A DNA stretch of 64,000 nt from Eledone cirrhosa (taxonomy: Eukaryota), in NCBI GenBank assembly GCA_964016885.1, contig OZ024745.1:98642001-98706000 (forward strand), given 5' to 3'. A program made the position numbers and the translations under genes. Below the pieces are notes generated by a model. That model saw only the letters and a list, made by a program, of their open reading frames with translations. It was not told where the DNA came from and did no database searches. The first letter of the stretch is position 1, and every line of letters begins with the position of its first letter. Shown here one piece after another: positions 11,296-23,687 of this stretch.

Positions 11296-13747
11296 CAGGG
11301 TTTCCCCAACCTGGGCGATATCGCCCACCGGTGGGCGATTTCAACTATCGGGTGTGCGATGAAGGAATTTTTAGGAAATGGTGGGCGACAAAGGATTTTT
11401 GGTAATTAAGTATGTTATTGATCATATAATGGCCGGTATGTTGTAATCACAGAGCTCAGATTCGCTCTTCCCTAGTCTAGACTAAGGAAGTAGTATCCAG
11501 CTGTATGACTGTAATTCATCTGTTTTCAACTGATTCCTGTCTAGCAGTTTACGGCTGCCGAACAGTTCACATTGGACGCGTACACATCTGCATAAGCTAA
11601 AACAGGTGATGACGCAAGACCAACGGCAAAACGTGTTAACACTGCTGTTGTCGCACATCGTGAATTTCTGCCTTCGACGATTCCGCCTCTATGAATTCTT
11701 TTTTCGAATTTTAACTTCCCTGATGCCTCTGGTAAAGAAAACTTGTCGCCAGTACAGCATTGATTATTTATCATATGGATTTATTGCTTCTCCTCAGAAC
11801 TGACAATTACCCATGTGTCTTCTATGCCAGCAAACTTTGAGCAATGAAGCCATGAAATATCATTTTGATTCCAAGCATTCTGACAAAAAAGACAAACCGT
11901 TGGCATATTTTTTGCAACTTAAGGCCTCTTTTGAAAAGCAGAAAACACTGAACACGAAGTTTAAGGAAGCAACTGTACAGGAAAATGACGGTATGATTGC
12001 GTCGTACAATATTGCATTACTGGTCGCAAAGACCGGGAAGTTCCACACTATAGGAGAAACATTGCTTCGACCTGTCATTGAAGAAGTTCTGTCGACACAA
12101 TTATCAAGAAAATTCCACTTAGTAACAATACAATTTCTCGACGAATAGATGAAATGGCCACTGATGTGAAACACAACTCATTCAAATTCTCCAGTGTTCT
12201 GAATTTTCAATACAAGTGGATGAGTCAACCGTTATAGGTAACCAATGTTTGATGATGGTTTATGTTCGATATTTCAATGAATACCTTCAACCTTGTGAGG
12301 AAATGCTGTTCACAGAGAACTTGCTGCTTGATTCAAAAGGTACATCTATTTTCGATATGCTTAAGCGTTTCCTTTCTGAACATCATATCCCACTGACCAA
12401 TATTATTGCCTGTGCGTCTGATGGAGCCCCTCCCATGGGTGGAAGATACAGAGGTTTTTCATCTCTCCTAAAGCGTGAAATTTCTCAACAGATTTTAACA
12501 GTTCATTGTGTGATACACCGACAACATTTAGTAGCAAAAAATATCAATGGTCGGTTGAATGATCCGCTGCAGTTGGTTATCAAGACTGTGAATAAACTGA
12601 AATCAAATTCCTTGTCTGATCGAATTTTCCGTCAACTGTGTCTCGATAATGATGGTGACTTTGTTGGGCTTTTGTACCATACCGAAGTACGATGGCTGTC
12701 AAAGGGCAACTGTGTTGTTCGCTTTGTTGAACTGTTTCATGTGATCATATGTTTCTTTGAAAGTACTCCTCTGTCGGCTTCATTGATTGCTGCAAAGCGC
12801 GATATTTTTTTTCTGAGCAATATATTCACTAAACTTAATGATTTGATTAAGTTGTTGCAAGGAAAGCAAAAAACTCTTGTCGACTGTAAATCATTTATCA
12901 CCGCCTTCATTTGAAATTGGTCTTGTATAAAATAAACATTTCCAAACGTCAATTGCATCAATTTCCACAACTGGATTCTTTGAAAGATGAATTGGTTGAC
13001 GAGGATATCATTACCTATCGTGACTATCTACAATCATTGCATGATGACATGGTGGAGCGATTTCAAGATGTTATTACATTGAATATTCCAAATTGGTATA
13101 GTAATCCATTTGAAGTCCAAGCAGTCTATTGCGAGGACGACGTTTAGGAGGAGCTAATTGAATTGCAAAATGATAATGAGGGCACAATGCGATATCGGCT
13201 TCATGGCAAAAAAGGCTTGTGGTATCATCAAAGTATATTGAATTCTTACCCCAACCTATGGAAGCATTTGAAATTAATTTTGCTTGCCTTCCCAACGTCG
13301 TATTTGGTCGAATCTGGTTTCAGTCACGTTGGTACTTTACTTTCTAAAAGCAGAAGTGGACTGGATGTAGCCAAACGAGGAGACTTGCGATTAAAATGGA
13401 CAAGTTTGCAACCAAATGTGTCTGCACTAGCTGCGTCACATCAGCCTCAAGGATCACACTGAAAACTAAACATGATGAGTTTGTTGAACATTTAATACAT
13501 GTATCCTTTTTCAATTTTGTTTCATTGAGAAACATTTAGCAATCAAAGACTTCATTCTTCTGAATAACGTTTCAACTCCGAATGCCCATTTTGCAATATT
13601 TCATCTCAATAAATATTTCATTTTTTAAGGATCCGTTCTGAATAATGCTTTATTTTTGCGTCCTTAAAATTACTGCACAGGTGGGCGATGGAAATTTTTG
13701 TGTGTGGAAAAGTGGGCGATAACGACAAAAAAGGTTGGGAACCCCTG
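11296..13747 (+). mobile_element. Full-length hAT transposon, Buster/Charlie family, with a disrupted transposase
   Basis: TIRs CAGGGTTTCCCCAACCT / AGGTTGGGAACCCCTG and a perfect 8-bp TSD TGTTAAAT (nnnTAnnn). GGGCGAT subterminal repeats are present. Transposase pieces include RQYSIDYLSYGF, CLLC, DEST, SDGA, HCVIHRQHL, TEVRWLSKG and FPTSYLVESGFS. Confidence 0.96.
11723..13462 (+). pseudogene. Buster-type (ZBED5/SCAND3-like) transposase with stops and frameshifts
   Basis: ORFs 11606..11803, 11813..12148, 12216..12914, 12911..13147 and 13163..13462 are consecutive pieces of one transposase. Confidence 0.92.
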
Positions 13748-14199
13748 TGTTAAATGGAGAGAATGGATCAGACTCCATGACAGTATCTAGAGTGAGATAT
13801 TCATGGAAGTTCTAAAAGGAGGAGGAGAGTGCCCTTGAAACTGAAGGGAAAGGTATATGCTGCATATATGAGAAGTGCCACTTTTTTTAGAGTGAGACAT
13901 GGCTGATGAACATGGAGCAGTAGAGAAGGCTGGAAAGAAAACAATTGAGAATGGTCTGACAGATGAGTGGAGATTCATTCTGTCTGATGAGTCAGCAGTT
14001 TATATATTATCACTGGTGTTGTATCCACAGCCTGGACACTAGCTGTAATCAACTACTGCTTAATATAAGTAAATCACATTGGTGTAAGCAGTGGAAAGAC
14101 TATATAATTAACAAGCCTTTTGTGAGCTGGTCTTCCTTGGAGTTGACACTGAATAGCAACCCAAGGTATTCTTCCAGTGTAATGTTGAAATCACTCAAA

Positions 14200-14640
14200 T
14201 AAACAACATAAATACTAGCATCAATAAGATAAACTCTGAGATCAACAAGATAAACTCTGAGATCAACAAGATAAACTCTGAGATCAACAAGATAAACACT
14301 GGGATCAACAAGATAGATAAACATTGAGCTCAATAACACTAGGATCAACAAGATAAATAAACATTGAGAGCAATAACACTGGGATCAACAGCACTAGGAT
14401 CAACAAGATAAATACTAGCATCCACAAGATAAACACTGGGATCAACAACACTGGAATCAACAACACTAGGATCAACAATACTAGGGTCAACAATACTAGG
14501 GTCAACAACACTAGGATCAACAACACTAGGATCAACAACACTAAGATCAACAACACTAAGATCAACAACACTAAGATCAACAACACTAAGACCAACAATA
14601 CTAGTATTAACAGGATAAATAAATATTGGGCTCAACAAAA
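14200..14640. repeat. Compound minisatellite of 21-bp 'agatcaacaagataaactctg' and 15-bp 'ggatcaacaacacta' units
   Basis: Directly visible tandem units that explain the VDPSV/LILVL ORFs. Confidence 0.92.
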
Positions 14641-16129
14641 TAAATAAACACAAGCCATAGTATAAAGTGATAAACTAGCCATATTCGGCCAGAATTCTCT
14701 CACCTTTTTCTTTTCAAACTGGCTGTAACTAGCAGCTCATAATGATCTTAAGGAATTGTTCTCAAAATAAATAACATCAAAATCTCATAGATTCGATATT
14801 ATGTGAGATAAAGCTTTTACTGTGAAAATATAATAATATATATAGAGTAATGTAAATGCTAAAGGGTTAAACTGGTGTCAGAAGCAGTCATGTATGTACA
14901 CTCGGTTCAATTGACCACGTAACTTTGTTTATGAGATTGCAAACAACTCTACATCAAGTGTGTGTGTATATATATATATGAGAGAGAGAAAGTATGCAGA
15001 GTAGAAAGAAATGAGTTATAATGGAATTATAGTTGACAGAATTGGACATGAACCCTTTAGCATTTACATTACTCTATATTTACTATTGTATTTTCATGAT
15101 AAAGGCTTTATCTGACATAATTATCTCACATAATATCGAATCTATGAGATTTTGATGTTATTTATTTTAAGAACAATACCGTAACGTTGGTATGAGCAGC
15201 CGGTTATGGCCAGTTTGAACAGAAAGAGGTGAAAGATTTCTGGCTAGATACGGCCGGTTTAAATGCTAAAGGGTTAAGACAGGTAATATGGAAGAGAGAG
15301 GGTCAATATATTGGTCCTGTGGTGAGACTTGACAAAAAGACTAGGTTACTGATTACACTAGAATACCTGCTATTCTAGCCCATTAAATTAGTTACTATAA
15401 TTTGTTTCTGACATTTTAACTGTACTATTTAATGTCCACAAGATAATTTGTTAGTCACTTAGTATTAGTGGAACAAACTATTTTGCTAATAACCAGCATT
15501 ACAAGTTGTCCCACCTTGATTCAATGTTTACAATGAGAAATAGCTGCTAAGATTTTACTGCAAATCAAGTGAAACATTATAAACACCAATTGGGGAAACA
15601 AGCTGAGGCTTAACTCCCATCAGTAAATGTTTTTCTCAAATTTGTGAAGATAATTTACATTAAAATGAGTCTAAATTTGCCAACCAAGACCTCGTCCAGG
15701 ACCCCACATTTAAACCAGCCGGCTTTGACCGTTACAGAAAGCAATGGGTGTCCCTTAATTGGATCTGCACAACACATGCCAGGACAGCCCATCACCTCCA
15801 TTGATGGAAAATGAAAGACAGCTCAGCATGTGACTGTGGGGTCCCTGACCAGACAGTACTGCATGTTGTTCAGGATTGCCCACTCAGATGTTTTTCTGGC
15901 AGCCTGGAGGCTATCCATAATGCTGCAAAAGACACCTTGGTCTTTTCCAAGCTTGCATAGGTTAGGTGGGTCTTTTTCAGCCCAGTATCCCTCCATTTAT
16001 CAGAGTCCTTCATCTCTATTGTGAGCTTGAGCAATTTGAGATAAGCTCTCACAATTTCTGCCCGGGTCTTTAATGGTTTCCTTCTGCTGCAGCTTCCTTC
16101 CAGGCTCAGGATTTTTCAACTTGCTCAAC

Positions 16130-16583
16130 AAGCCGTTTTGTGTGGATCAGACTGTTACCTTTTGTTTTTGGCAGACATGAATTGGCCTTTCCACATCACA
16201 TATGACTTGTATCGAAGATCCTCATACACAATTCTTCCAATAGTGTACTTTGAAACCTTGATCTCCTTAACAATGGCACTAACTGGGGTTCCTATAGATA
16301 ATCTTCTGTACCTTTCATACAAATTCAGGTGTTCTGATGGTATTAGGACCCTTAGCAGACCCATCAGTGGCTCTTTGTGAACTTTGTCAAAAAATGACCA
16401 TGCAACTTTCAGAAAACAAGCAATCTCTAAATCACCTATAAGGCAAAGATTACAGTGTGCTGCCTTTTCATTTTCTGAGTTAGCTTGATGCCTGTCATCA
16501 TTTATCTGAAATGTTAATCAGAACAATTTTAAAAAAAGTTTGAGCTATTAAAAGCAGAGTCCTCAAAGAACTGAGCAACCCTG
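16130..16583 (-). mobile_element. Tc1/mariner-superfamily transposon 5' fragment
   Basis: Minus-strand terminus TA|CAGGGTTGCTCAG and an HTH-region-like translation IVKEIKVSKYTIGRIVYEDLRYKSYVM. Confidence 0.6.
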
Positions 16584-16936
16584 TATGTATGTATGTATGT
16601 ATATAAGACATCTCTGTAGGTCACTCAGATATAAAACCTGCGACCTCATTTGCATCCAATGATGTAGACCAGTTCTTTTTGGGTAAATGCATTTGATGTT
16701 CAGGGACTGGGATTGGCTCTATGCAAAGCCTTTCCTCACTTAAAAAAGCTTCAAGCACTGGCATCGCTTGATATGTGACATTTTTTGTGATGCATGGCAT
16801 TGTGGCCATAGGCAGGTTCCTAGCAGGACAAAGAAGCACATCCATGATGCTCATGCTTAAGTATCAAGCAATGGTATTACTCGAAATCAAGTTGCAACCA
16901 TCATCATCATATATGTATGCGTATATATATATATAT

Positions 16937-16994
16937 GGAAATTCCTGATGATTTCAAATGAATGAAACAGTTCTAGTCCTGTAGAAGTCATTTC
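16937..16994 (+). ncRNA. Type I hammerhead ribozyme
   Basis: TTC-CTGATGA(16945)-tTTC aaat GAAt-GAAA-CAG ttctagtc CTG-TA-GAA. The GUA triplet is at 16981-16983, helix I is TTC/GAA extended by GAAAT/ATTTC, and a truncated paralog lies at 29629-29675. Confidence 0.7.
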
Positions 16995-18979
16995 TTTATT
17001 AAATGGAAAAGCATCGAGCAAATTATGAATTTTGAATGTAAGTGAACTTCAAATTAACGGCTTCAATTCATATAAACCCCTAAAGACAAAAAAGTGTACA
17101 AATAGTTCACTTTTTTCTGTATTTGGGGGACTTATATACCCAACTTGTTTGACTGTTGTTCAGTCAAAAACATTTATATATATATCATCATCATCATTTC
17201 ACGTCTGATTTCCCTGCTAGCAAGGGTTGGACGGGTCTACAAATACCAAGTCAGTAAGAAATGGGGCTACTGACCTCCCAGATTGGCCGAGGGGTCTGTA
17301 TCCCGCTTACATCATATCAAGTGCAAAAGAGTTGTCAGGTCTTTTGACACAAACTGAAGAGTCCTCTTAACTCCTTGTTTGGCAAGCAGTCTATGGCTGA
17401 ATGCCCTTCCTAATTCCAACAGCGTGTACTGGGTGCTTTTATTGTGTATATCACTAGTACTAAGGAGATTGCTGTGTCTTTGACACAACTAATGGGTCCT
17501 CTCAACCCTTTTAGGCATGATTTCTACAGCAGGGTGCCCTTCCTGTTGCCAACCATCCTTACTGAGTGTACTGTGTGCATTTTCGTAGCAGCATCACTAG
17601 AGAGGTTGTTAATCATGGACCCAACTCTAGGGCCCGCTCAGCTCTGGGGAGGGAGGTAGGTATGAAGTGGGGTTTTGGCAGGGAATGAGTAAATTATATT
17701 ATATAGGGTAACAAGTTTACAGCATATATATCATTATCAACATTTAATCAACATTAAATGATGATTTATACTGAATTTCAATGCTGAAAAACGCTGTAAA
17801 CCTGTTGCCTTCATTTATAATGCAGTGGTATACTTTACAAGACTGAATAGGTCAGTTTTAAATAGGAACGTTTACAATCTCACGTTAAGCTTGCTACAGG
17901 CTAGTTTTGAAATATTGATTACTAAAAGTTCAATATAGATATACAGAAAAACTACAGAAGTCCAAAAAGATGATCATTATTGATGACATATTTCTAATCA
18001 AATGCTGAATAAAACCTTAATCAGTGTTTCTGTGTGTTATTAAGTAAATATTTTTATACCCTGTAAAGTGTTAGTATTGGTGCCATGATAAAATACACCC
18101 AGTATACTCTGTAATGTGTTATTGGTGCAATAAAATACACCCTGTTCACTCTGTAAAGTGCTAGTGTTGATTCCATGATAAAACAAACCCAATACATTCA
18201 GCAGTGTTAGTATCTTGATAAAATGCACCAAGTCCACTCTGAAAAATGGTAGTGCTGGTGCTACGAAAAATACATCCAGTACATTCTGTTAGGTGGTTGG
18301 TGTTAGGAAAGGTATCTAGTCACAGAAACCAAGCCAAATATGGAACATAACAAGCAAAATGAAGTTGCTCCAACCCATCAGACCTCAAGTTATGACAATT
18401 CACCCAACCCATGCCAGCATGGAAAGCAGACAAAAAATGATATATTACTAAGATTTTATTAACATTATGTATAATGCAAATTTCAAACCAACTTCAATCA
18501 TTAATTCTAAAATGAAATGTGGCAGATCCAGTGCTGAGCTTAGAATTGACAATGAGAAAAGGCTCCAGTTCAACTCCCCCACGACTTGAGTTTATAATCG
18601 TTTCAGTAAGGTTTGTTGTTATCTGAACCTTGGTTTTGATTAAGGCTGCACATGACAGCTTATGTACAACAGTCTATCCTACAGGAAATAAGTCATGTAC
18701 CGAGATATCCACCAATACATGGCTATCTAACATAACAATGAAGAGTGTCCACCATGAAAGAAATTATATTATACACACCTGGGTGAGGAAAGAGAGAAGC
18801 ACTAAGCCAAACCTTCCAAGCTACATAGTTATTTGAAATAACACAGAAAAAAATGTCGATCAACCCAGGGCAATGTTTCACCAAACACTGTCCCCTACGT
18901 CTCCTCAATATAAATCCAACAGACTGTACAATATTCATGGCAATAAGGAAACAAAAAAAAAAGAATTACGCAACGAAAT

Positions 18980-19380
18980 CAAGAGAAAGGGGGAGGGAGC
19001 GACAGCCTCTACACTCAAGTCTGTGTTTCAGCTGCGTCCCATGGACAAAACGGCAAAGGTATTGCCGCGGAGAATGGCCAGCGATACCCACTGCAATAGC
19101 TACCTCACCTCACGAGGCTCCTTCCTCGGGTAGGCTGCTGTCTTTCCGATTTTACGAAGGACATCAACAGTGCGGAGACCGAGGACATCTGAGGTCTCGA
19201 CGGCGACTGGTACGAAAAGGAAGTGATCGAGCAAGCTCGGGTTTTTATTTATCTTCCTCTCCTCTGCCTGGCGGTCGGCGGTGTCCCGATTTGGGACCGA
19301 AATAACAAAGTTGAGGGCAGAGAACGAGTCACAACACGCTGACTCCGCCAGATTAGGAATTTACCTTCCCCGAATGGAAA
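18980..19380. promoter_or_regulatory. CpG-rich unique segment, probable promoter or non-coding first exon
   Basis: Locally high GC and CpG content in an AT-rich background. Minus-strand donor-like sites are GAG|GTGAGG (19108) and AAG|GTAAAT (19364). Confidence 0.4.
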
Positions 19381-20990
19381 GAAGGTTATTCCGTCAACAG
19401 ACTAAAACAAATTTACTACTACTACTACTACTAATGTTGCTAAGATAGCCCTCACCACTTTATGATAAAATAGGTGTGTCTACTACGGGGAAGGGGGTGA
19501 TGTTGGGTGTGTATGAGTGAGGGAGAAAGAGAATACACACAAACAGACACATGCACTAAAATAAAATCCTGAAATTATAGAGGGGGAAATGTGAAGTAGT
19601 GATATTTATATCTTCTAAAATAATAAACGTACGAGACTGAAAAGAAAAGGTTACTGAGTGGTTTCAGAGTTAATTTGGGTATTTTTGTATTGACAGATTT
19701 ACAAAATATTAATATCTGACTGGGCACAAGACAGATTTATAGGTACAGTCAACTGTAAATTAATAGGAAGGCTCCGTCTCATACTGGTGGGGAGAAATGA
19801 GAGGCAGCCTCAACAACAGATTATTTTGTTCTGTTTAAAGCTTTTGATATCGTTAATACAGTAAAATAGACAAGTCCTCAGATTACTGGAGCAGCCAGCG
19901 TGGAGTCTTGCTCGAGGGCACAACGTGCCGCTTCTGCGGGCAGGAATTGAATTCACAAATCCAACAACATAACTACTAAACTACAACGAACACAAAATTT
20001 CAGCAGTACTTATTTTACAGATGCCCCCATGGAAGGATTGAAATTGAAATCAACCCAAGCGGGATTTGAAACGGAGAAGAACGAAATTATATACTTCAAA
20101 GTCTTTAATCCGACGCTCTACTGTATCAGTAATTTCGACCGACCTAATATTTGTAACTAAGGTAAAACGGCCTCAAATGTGGGAGGGTGGAGCAATCAAT
20201 TAAATTGAACATTCACTACTTGACTAGTATTTATTCTATCAGCCGTGAAAGGAAGAAAAACAAATTCAATCGGGACAGGATTTGAACTCTGAACATAAAA
20301 GCACGTCACTAAATCCAACCAGACATTTTCTCTGACCCTCTACCGATTTTACAATCCACCTCAGTCGTTGTTGCACTTTGGTTTCACAATATGCCAGTAC
20401 AGCTTGGCTCTTGTTGCGTGTTAGATTTGTTTTTTCCACACATAAAAAAAAAAAGTAGAAGTAAATTAAGATATGGTGGATAAAGAGGTCTAAGGATTAC
20501 AACCTGGATATTTCTCCCATTAGAGATATCGGTATACGTGTCTACAAGAAAAATCATCATTTTATTAAATACATAATATCAATACACACCCTCATTTTGT
20601 ATTTACTTACAGTATAAGATATTGTATTGTAACATTAATTTTACACTTGTGGTAAACAAGAAAATCATTGTGTTTATTTCTACAGGAAGGAAAAGAAGTT
20701 AGAAGTGAAAGTGGTTTTCTTTACAACAGGTATCATATCGTGTAAATTGTGTACGTAGTAGATACACGCATTAGATATATTTATTTACGTGTCAAAAATT
20801 GCCAACAAATTACTGGTTAAAAAGCATCACATTGTCCCAGGTCTATAATATTAGTCGCTATTTGGCTCCCTAAACAACCAAAATGAAATGAATGCAATAA
20901 CAGTTATAGTATAACTAAAATGACAACAACGTTGACGTAAAACTAAATGAATATTGGAGTAGAAGAGAAAAAAATCAACTTTCAACTCAC

Positions 20991-21188
20991 CTTTATAATA
21001 TATGGTTGTTTGTTATTATCATCCGAAGGTTTGTCATTACTGCCTTCAATAGTAGTAGTAGTTTCCTGTGGATCTTGGGTCGGCTCTTGTGATATTTGTC
21101 CAGTTAAAGAGTCCGATTCCGAGGAGTTAGGTTGATCAATGTGACGGCTGCTCTCAACTTCTTTCCCTTCAGCAACATTGGCCGCCAT
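20991..21188 (-). CDS. First coding exon of an unidentified host gene (MAANVAEGKEVESSRH...QPYIIK)
   Basis: Strong start context AAGATGGCGGCC, 66 codons of acidic disordered N-terminus, and a canonical donor AAG|GTGAGT at 20990 (phase 0). Confidence 0.75.
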
Positions 21189-21229
21189 CTTAAAACACTG
21201 CTGCCCCCTACTTTACACGCTGGCAAACC

Positions 21230-21950
21230 TCTCTCTCACTCTCTTTCGTTTTCTCTCTAATGCTCACCTTGTCTCTTTCGCCTTCTCTCTAAAGCTTACT
21301 CCCTCTCTCACACTCTTTTGCTTTCTATCTAATGATCACCTCTCTCTCTCTCTCTTTTTCACTCTTTGGCTTTTTCTCTAATGCTTACTCACTCTTTTGC
21401 TTTCTCTCTAATGTTTACCCTCTCTCTCTTACACTCTTTTTCTTTCTCTCTAATGTTCACTCTCTCAGTCTATCCTTTCTCTCTAATGCTCACCTTCTCA
21501 GTCTATCGCTTTCTCTCTAATGCTCACCCACTCAGTCTCTCGCTTTCTCTCTAATGTTCACCCTCCCACTCTGTCTTCACTTGACCTCCTTCTTCTCTCT
21601 CTCTCTATCTATCTATCTATTTAACTCTCTTATCACCAATGAAATAGATTTCCCTTCTCTTTCTCCACCTGCTGTGCTTTCTTTCTCTCTTTCTCTTTTT
21701 TTTTCACGCTTACCCTCTCTTTTCTTTTGACTTCCTCCTTCTCGTTCTCTCACTCTCTATTGCTTTAACTCTTTTACTTCTTTATCACCAATGAAATAGA
21801 TTCCCTCTCTTTCTCCAGCTTTCTCTCTACCTTCTTTATTCTTACATTTCGCCTATTAGTTGTATCTTTTCTCTCTCACTCTCTCTGTTATGTCTTTCTT
21901 TTTCTTTCTCTTTCTTTCCAATGTTTTATTGCTTTTAACACTCCTCCTCT
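21230..21950. repeat. Polypyrimidine/polypurine tract with ~30-bp 'tttctctctaatgctcacc' repeats upstream of the gene start
   Basis: A directly visible (TC)-rich tandem repeat starting ~40 bp from the ATG at 21188. Confidence 0.8.
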
Positions 21951-22644
21951 CTCTATATATTTATTTGCCTCTATCTTTAACTCTGTAACTAGTCCGACGC
22001 AGTAGCTCTCTAAACGTGTCTCTCTCTTTCCGAATCTTGTCAATTTATTTATCTTATTTTCTTCTTTCTATTTACTTTATCAGCCTATCTCTATTTACTT
22101 GTCCCTCGCCTCTACATCTCTCTATGTACGTAAATAACTGCCTGCTTCTCATCTCTCCTCTCTCTTACTCTTTCCCTCTGTATATTTGTTTATACACACA
22201 TATATATATTTATATATATCTATATACACACACGTGTGTATATATATATCTCGCCGAAGTCTCTATTTTTCTTGGTGCAATACTTATATTATATTTATAT
22301 ATATATATATATATAAAACTTCATTGTTGAGTGCTTTTAATCTATTGTAAAACTATATTCATTGAATAATCAGTGAACCTTGTTTAACATTTGGTTATAT
22401 ATATATATAGAGAGAGAGAGACAGAGAGAGATGTATATAGACATATTTATATATATATATATTGTCAAAGCTCTTTCGTCTCACATTCTGTGACTTCCTC
22501 AGTGATTGGGTTTTCATTTTGTGTCTCTTCTTTGTTCTGCCCTACACTATCTTGTTTTTGTGTATATGTATATATCGTTATTTTGTTGTATGTATAGTTT
22601 GTACCTTCGGTCGGTGTTATCTTGGTGTCACATTTTATAACTAT

Positions 22645-22684
<40 letters not shown>

Positions 22685-22821
22685 CTTTCGTCAAATCGAA
22701 CCGAGGAAACAATGTTTCCGTTATTCTTTCCAATTGTTAATACTCTCCAAATGTTGCAACTCCGGGTAGAAGAAGCAACGTGAAATAAGTGTCTTGCTCA
22801 AGGACATAACGCATTGCCCAG

Positions 22822-23670
22822 TCCGAATGGGATGGAAAAAGTTAAGAGAGCTAATACCGCTGTTGGCCACAAAAAGTTTCTCTCTAAAAATGAAAAGCAG
22901 ATTGTATATGGACAGCAATGTTACATGGCAGTAAGACATGGGCATTATGTGCAGAGGACCTGTGCAGATTGGAAAGGAACAAAGCATGCATACTCCGTTG
23001 GATGTGTAATAGTAATATACGCAAACGGCAAAACATAAACGAATGAAATGAGAAATTAGGAATAAGTAGGATCGGATGCAGTTTACTTGAGAGGAGGTTA
23101 CGTTGGTATGGTCAAAATTGTTGGAAGCTACGGAGTAGGTAGACCCAGAAAAACCTGGTACGACATGATAAAATCTGACCTTGTACACTTACACCTCTCT
23201 AAGACAATGTCACTGTTTCGAGACCTTTGGCGCTATGCAGAAGACCTGCCTTCCCTTACGTATGAAGTTAAACGTACAGTTGGTAGGCACCTCTTAACCA
23301 AATATACACCCCAACCTTCTACCTCTACTCCATCCTACCACTTCCACTCACACCACTGTTTCTCTGTAAAGTTATGTTGGTACCACAGAACATCCAGTCC
23401 ACACTATAGTGGTCGTGTAGGTGTTACGACAAAAAGCACCCAGTCCACACAGTAAAGTGGTCGTCTAGGAGACACAGTAAAAAGGCTCCCGGTCCACACT
23501 GTAAATGTGATTGACGCTAGGAAGGGCATCCAGCCGTAGAAAACCTGCCAGATACAGTCCTATAGGAGCGAGACACGGTCACCCGACCAACTTTGCCTCA
23601 AGTGGGACAATCTCCGTCTAACCCATGCTAGCGTGGAAGATGGACGTTAAACGATGATGACGATGATGAT
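22822..23670 (+). mobile_element. Decayed RTE 3' fragment with 3'UTR and (GAT)n tail
   Basis: GVGRPRKTWYDMIKSDL motif and the RTE-family 3'UTR. It lies tail-to-tail with the copy at 23688-25313. Confidence 0.9.
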
Positions 23671-23687
23671 ATATGTATATATATATA

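Larger units (their letters stand above)
10296..13980 (+). mobile_element. Old RTE RT fragment interrupted by the hAT insertion
   Basis: Decayed motifs IPLYKRKG, VDLEKAFDRVP, LLYTDDLVL and a PHD-like CxxC region before 11295. The reading YYLRDMLN|GENGS resumes after 13755. Confidence 0.8.

Noticed and set aside
832-14200. Faint resemblance of some exon-like peptides to Lines/LINS1
   Set aside because: The similarity is weak, from memory only, and the segment order is inconsistent, so no gene name was assigned.
17705-17812. Short inverted repeat with an ATGA...GAAA...GTA remnant
   Set aside because: The core lacks CUGA and the helices are unclear, so it is too degenerate to call.
22465-22505. 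Minus-strand CTGAGGA-AGTCACAGAATGTGAGAC-GAAA-GAGCTT hammerhead-like motif
   Set aside because: Helix II register is off by one and helices I and III are very weak. It may be a decayed copy but is not supportable as a feature.
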